Positions 6,634 through 12,207 of a stretch of 12,207 bases of DNA are shown here, piece by piece. This DNA is from Fidelibacterota bacterium (GTDB taxonomy: Bacteria; Fidelibacterota; Fidelibacteria; Fidelibacterales; DSDE01), in NCBI GenBank assembly GCA_046735395.1, contig JBJKQR010000065.1:1-12207 (forward strand), in the 5' to 3' direction. Positions within the stretch are counted from its first letter, which is position 1; every line of letters begins with the position of its first letter. The translations under genes and the position numbers were made by a program. The notes beneath the pieces were generated by a model. The model was not told where the DNA came from. It did no database searches and was given only the letters and a program-made list of their open reading frames with translations.

Positions 6634-7159
6634 TTATTTCATCAAGCGTCTGGCCCGGATTCTGATGGAGGACAGGTCCGTCGAAGGCGGTATATCCGAC
6701 CTGGTTCGGGATATGGCTGCCCTTCAGCGGCTAATGCGAAGCAGTTCGGAATTTCAGAACTTCTGTCTCAGCCGGCAGATTGATGCGCAGCTGCGGAATT
6801 CTGTTACGAAGGACATCTTTTCGGCCATCCTTTCACCCGTGACAATGGCGGTCCTGGAGCTGCTTATCGCTGAGAACCGCATGTCGCAGATTCCTCAGCT
6901 GGCCGGAGAGCTTGAACGGATCCGGAGCCGGGAGGACCGTGTATCCCGCGTTACCATCGAGCTTGCGTCCGATCCGGATGAAAAGGGATGGAAGGATATA
7001 GAGTCCCGACTGGCAGAAAAAGTAGGCGGGACGGCGGAATTTACCCGTCGCGTCAATCCTGCGCTTTTAGGCGGAGTGAAGGTACGAATCAACAATTTAG
7101 TTATTGACGGCAGTGTATCGACGCAGATTGATCATATCCGTCAGCTACTGAACAAATAA
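6623..7159 (+). CDS. atpH: F0F1 ATP synthase subunit delta (divergent)
   Basis: Position between atpF and atpA, length 178 aa, L.LLI.ENR motif, and C-terminal VNPALLGGVKVRI...VIDGSV..Q. Confidence 0.92.
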   Translation: MKPDYFIKRLARILMEDRSVEGGISDLVRDMAALQRLMRSSSEFQNFCLSRQIDAQLRNSVTKDIFSAILSPVTMAVLELLIAENRMSQIPQLAGELERIRSREDRVSRVTIELASDPDEKGWKDIESRLAEKVGGTAEFTRRVNPALLGGVKVRINNLVIDGSVSTQIDHIRQLLNK

Positions 7160-7180
7160 CAGCCAAAGGAGAAATCCTGA

Positions 7181-8695
7181 ATGGAGATAAAGTCAGCTGA
7201 AATCACCGCCATGCTGAAGCAGCAGCTTGAAAAATTCAAGCTGGATGTGGATACGGCAGAGGTGGGTGAAGTTATACAGGTCGGGGACGGTATTGCCCGG
7301 GCGAGAGGTCTGGACAATGTCATGGCCTCAGAGCTGATCGATATGGGCCACGATGTATTCGGTATGGCTCTGAACCTGGAAGAGGACGAGGTCGGTATCG
7401 TGCTTTTCGGTGAGAGCAGCCATATCCGCGAAGGCGATATCGTGAAGAGAACAGGCCGGGTCGTAGAAATCGGCGTCGGTGAAGAAATGCTGGGACGCGT
7501 GGTCAACCCCATCGGGCTGCCCATTGACGGAAAAGGCGAAATCAAAACCTCCGTGTCCATGCCCGTTGAGCGCAAGGCACTTGGTGTCATTGAACGTCAG
7601 GGTGTGAATGAACCGCTGCAGACCGGTCTCAAGTCCATTGATGCCATGACCCCTATCGGCCGTGGCCAGAGAGAATTGATCATCGGTGACCGTCAGACCG
7701 GAAAGACGGCCGTTGCCATTGATACCATTATCAATCAGAAAGATACCGATGTATACTGCGTTTATGTAGCGGTCGGACAGAAAGCGTCCACCGTTGCCCG
7801 TGTGATTACGGAACTGGAAGCCCATGGCGCCATGGAATACACGACCGTTGTGGCCGCAAATGCCATGGATCCGGCTCCGCTGCAGTATCTGGCGCCCTTT
7901 GCCGGCGCAACCATCGCTGAATATTACCGTGACAAGGGCAAACACGCTCTCGTTATCTATGATGATTTAAGCAAGCAGGCCTGGGCTTATCGTGAAATGT
8001 CCCTGCTGCTCCGCAGACCTCCGGGACGTGAAGCTTACCCCGGAGATATTTTTTATCTGCACAGCCGGCTGCTGGAACGGGCGTCAAAACTCAGTGCTGA
8101 ACTGGGTGGCGGCTCACTGACGGCTCTGCCCATCATCGAAACTCAGGCCGGTGACGTGTCTGCCTATATTCCGACGAATGTCATTTCCATTACGGACGGC
8201 CAGATCTATCTGGAGTCCAACCTCTTCTACTCCGGTTTCAGGCCCGCCATCAATGTGGGTATTTCCGTATCCCGCGTGGGCGGTTCGGCACAGATCAAGG
8301 CTATGAAACAGGTGGCCGGAAGCCTGCGTCTCGAACTTGCCCAGTTCAGGGAGCTGGAAGCCTTCACCAAATTCGGTTCGGAACTGGACAAGGCCACACA
8401 GGCCCGCCTTAACCTCGGGGAACGGCTGGTGGAAGTGCTCAAGCAGGCTCAGTACGAACCCTATCCGGTGGAAAAACAGGTCGCGATCATCGCGGTGGCC
8501 ACCAAGGGACTGCTGAATGCCTTGCCGGTGAGCCGGATCAAGCCCTTCGAAAAAGAATTCCTGACCTATCTGGATGAACAGCATGGCCAGATTCTCACCG
8601 ATATCCGTGAGAAGAAGGTTTTCAGTGATGATGTGAGGGACCGGCTTTTCGCCGCCACAGGAGATTTTCTGAAACTTTTTAACGCAGAAGGATAG
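7181..8695 (+). CDS. atpA: F0F1 ATP synthase subunit alpha
   Basis: VGDGIAR, Walker [45 protein letters not shown]. Confidence 0.99.
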   Translation: MEIKSAEITAMLKQQLEKFKLDVDTAEVGEVIQVGDGIARARGLDNVMASELIDMGHDVFGMALNLEEDEVGIVLFGESSHIREGDIVKRTGRVVEIGVGEEMLGRVVNPIGLPIDGKGEIKTSVSMPVERKALGVIERQGVNEPLQTGLKSIDAMTPIGRGQRELIIGDRQTGKTAVAIDTIINQKDTDVYCVYVAVGQKASTVARVITELEAHGAMEYTTVVAANAMDPAPLQYLAPFAGATIAEYYRDKGKHALVIYDDLSKQAWAYREMSLLLRRPPGREAYPGDIFYLHSRLLERASKLSAELGGGSLTALPIIETQAGDVSAYIPTNVISITDGQIYLESNLFYSGFRPAINVGISVSRVGGSAQIKAMKQVAGSLRLELAQFRELEAFTKFGSELDKATQARLNLGERLVEVLKQAQYEPYPVEKQVAIIAVATKGLLNALPVSRIKPFEKEFLTYLDEQHGQILTDIREKKVFSDDVRDRLFAATGDFLKLFNAEG

Positions 8696-8697
8696 AT

Positions 8698-10957
<2,260 letters not shown>

Positions 10958-10958
<1 letters not shown>

Positions 10959-11362
10959 TGGCCATGACTACGAGCAGACTGGAAATCGTTACACCTGTTC
11001 GCCATATTGACATGGGCGACGTAAACTATCTGAGAGCGCCTTCAACGGATGGCCTTTTCGGTGTGATGGCACGGCATACTAATGCCGTTATTGCGCTGGA
11101 GATCGGTGAGATATCCGTTGAAAAGAATGGCAAAAAGGAACTTTTCGCCACCGGCGGCGGATTTGCGGAAATTCATGGTGACCGCATTGTGCTCCTCGTG
11201 GAAAGCGCTGAACGGCAGGAGGAAATCGATGTGGAACGGGCACAGGCTTCGGCCGACCGCGCCCGGCAGCGACTTCAGACAAGGGATGCGCATATAGATG
11301 TGCACCGGGCTGAGGCTGCGCTGCACAAGGCGCTGAACCGTCTGGCAGTTGCCGGAAAATAA
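10958..11362 (+). CDS. atpC: F0F1 ATP synthase subunit epsilon (full length, with C-terminal helical hairpin)
   Basis: LEIVTP, G.FGV...H, GGFAEI, and C-terminal EIDVERA...RA..RL. TAATG overlap with the atpD stop. ATG 10964 is an alternative start. Confidence 0.97.
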
Positions 11363-11369
11363 AGGATTG

Positions 11370-11399
11370 AAACCCGGGGCCATGCTCCGGGTTTTTCTT
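11370..11399 (+). terminator. Rho-independent terminator of the atp operon
   Basis: AAACCCGGGGC (11370-11380) - CAT - GCTCCGGGTTT (11384-11394) stem with one G-U pair, running into TTTTTCTT, 7 nt after the atpC stop. Confidence 0.88.
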
Positions 11400-11585
11400 A
11401 TCCATATAAGAATGCAGGGATTCCGATAAAATGTTCTCAATGTTTTCGCACCCGATGAACCGTGATGAGGCGCACCCATCGAAATTTTGGCTTTTATTTA
11501 AAGCGTTTTGATAGTAATATTAGGCACAATGACTGGAGTTGTGAAATATTGACAGTCCGGGGAATAATTAACAGCAAAGGGCGAC

Positions 11586-12207
11586 ATGGTTAGCAGGGCA
11601 CAGAAGGTTCGTCTCGGTGTGTTCATGATCGTGAGTACGCTGTTGGCTGGAGCATTTATTATCTATATTGCCGGACAGAAGATCATGGAGACCAAGGACC
11701 GGTATTATATCCGTTATACGGAAACGTCCGTGTCCGGCCTTCAGTCCGGGTCCACCGTGAAATATCACGGAATCACTGTGGGCACGGTGGAGGATATCAA
11801 CATTGATCCTGAAGACATTACTTCCGTCATCATTACCATTTCGGTCAAGAAGGGCACGCCCATCAAGTCGGATGTCCGGGCTACGCTCAGTCCCGTCGGA
11901 ATCACCGGCCTGATACAGATCGAACTGGCGGGCGGTACGAATACGGCCACGACTCTGGAGTCGGGAAGCTTCATAGACCGGGGTGCATCCACCATCGAGA
12001 GCATTACGGGCCAGGCTGAGCTCATTACTCAGAAACTGGAAATCCTGCTGAGCAACTTTATTGAAATCACCAATGATGCGAATCGTTACAAATTTGAAGA
12101 TATTCTGAATAATATCAATGAGATGAGCAGCGATGAGAATACGAAGCTGGTAAAGGAATTTCTGACCAATATCCGCGATCTGACCTCGGATGATACGAAA
12201 TACAAGC
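11586..12207 (+). CDS. mlaD: MCE/MlaD family protein (3'-truncated by window edge; absent from the ORF track)
   Basis: Hand translation from ATG 11586 (after AAAGGG) gives MVSRAQKVRLGVFMIVSTLLAGAFIIYIAG (TM)...Y.I.Y.ETSVSGLQSGSTVKYHGITVGTVEDINIDPED...V.I.ISV....PIKSD..ATL...GITG..QIEL.GG, which is an MCE domain. A helical region follows and there is no stop before the window end. Confidence 0.93.
   Translation, partial: MVSRAQKVRLGVFMIVSTLLAGAFIIYIAGQKIMETKDRYYIRYTETSVSGLQSGSTVKYHGITVGTVEDINIDPEDITSVIITISVKKGTPIKSDVRATLSPVGITGLIQIELAGGTNTATTLESGSFIDRGASTIESITGQAELITQKLEILLSNFIEITNDANRYKFEDILNNINEMSSDENTKLVKEFLTNIRDLTSDDTKYK
12045..12207 (+). repeat. Degenerate 57-bp / 19-aa tandem repeat in the MCE protein helical region
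   Basis: LLSNFIEITNDANRYKFED (12045-12101) / ILNNINEMSSDENTKLVKE (12102-12158) / FLTNIRDLTSDDTKYK... (12159-end). Confidence 0.55.

Noticed and set aside
11190..11205. parS-like sequence TGCTCCTCGTGGAAAG inside atpC
   Set aside because: Only 12/16 match to TGTTCCACGTGGAACA with broken symmetry; explained by the coding sequence (VLLVES).

Overview
Core-genome window from a diderm bacterium. The long signal-peptide-bearing ATP synthase subunit a and the bactofilin-atpZ-atpI-atpB order suggest an FCB-superphylum lineage (for example Marinimicrobia/KSB1/Ignavibacteria-like); that assignment is inference only. All real genes are on the + strand. In order: the 3' part of a type IV pilus/T2SS platform gene (pilC/gspF); a short intergenic region with a weak terminator and a good sigma70-like promoter; a tightly packed run of parA-parB-M23 endopeptidase-bactofilin-atpZ-atpI-atpB-E-F-H-A-G-D-C ending in a clear intrinsic terminator; and the 5' part of an MCE/MlaD gene that the ORF track missed. 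I saw no mobile element, CRISPR array or RNA gene, and no clearly new biological system is demonstrable from sequence alone. The best leads are: (1) an extra ~50-aa beta-rich domain inserted in the periplasmic N-terminal region of subunit a; (2) a 130-aa atpI that apparently must start at a CTG codon; (3) an apparent ~10-kb single transcription unit joining chromosome segregation, an M23-bactofilin cell-shape module and the whole ATP synthase; and (4) a 19-aa tandem repeat in the MCE protein's helical region.
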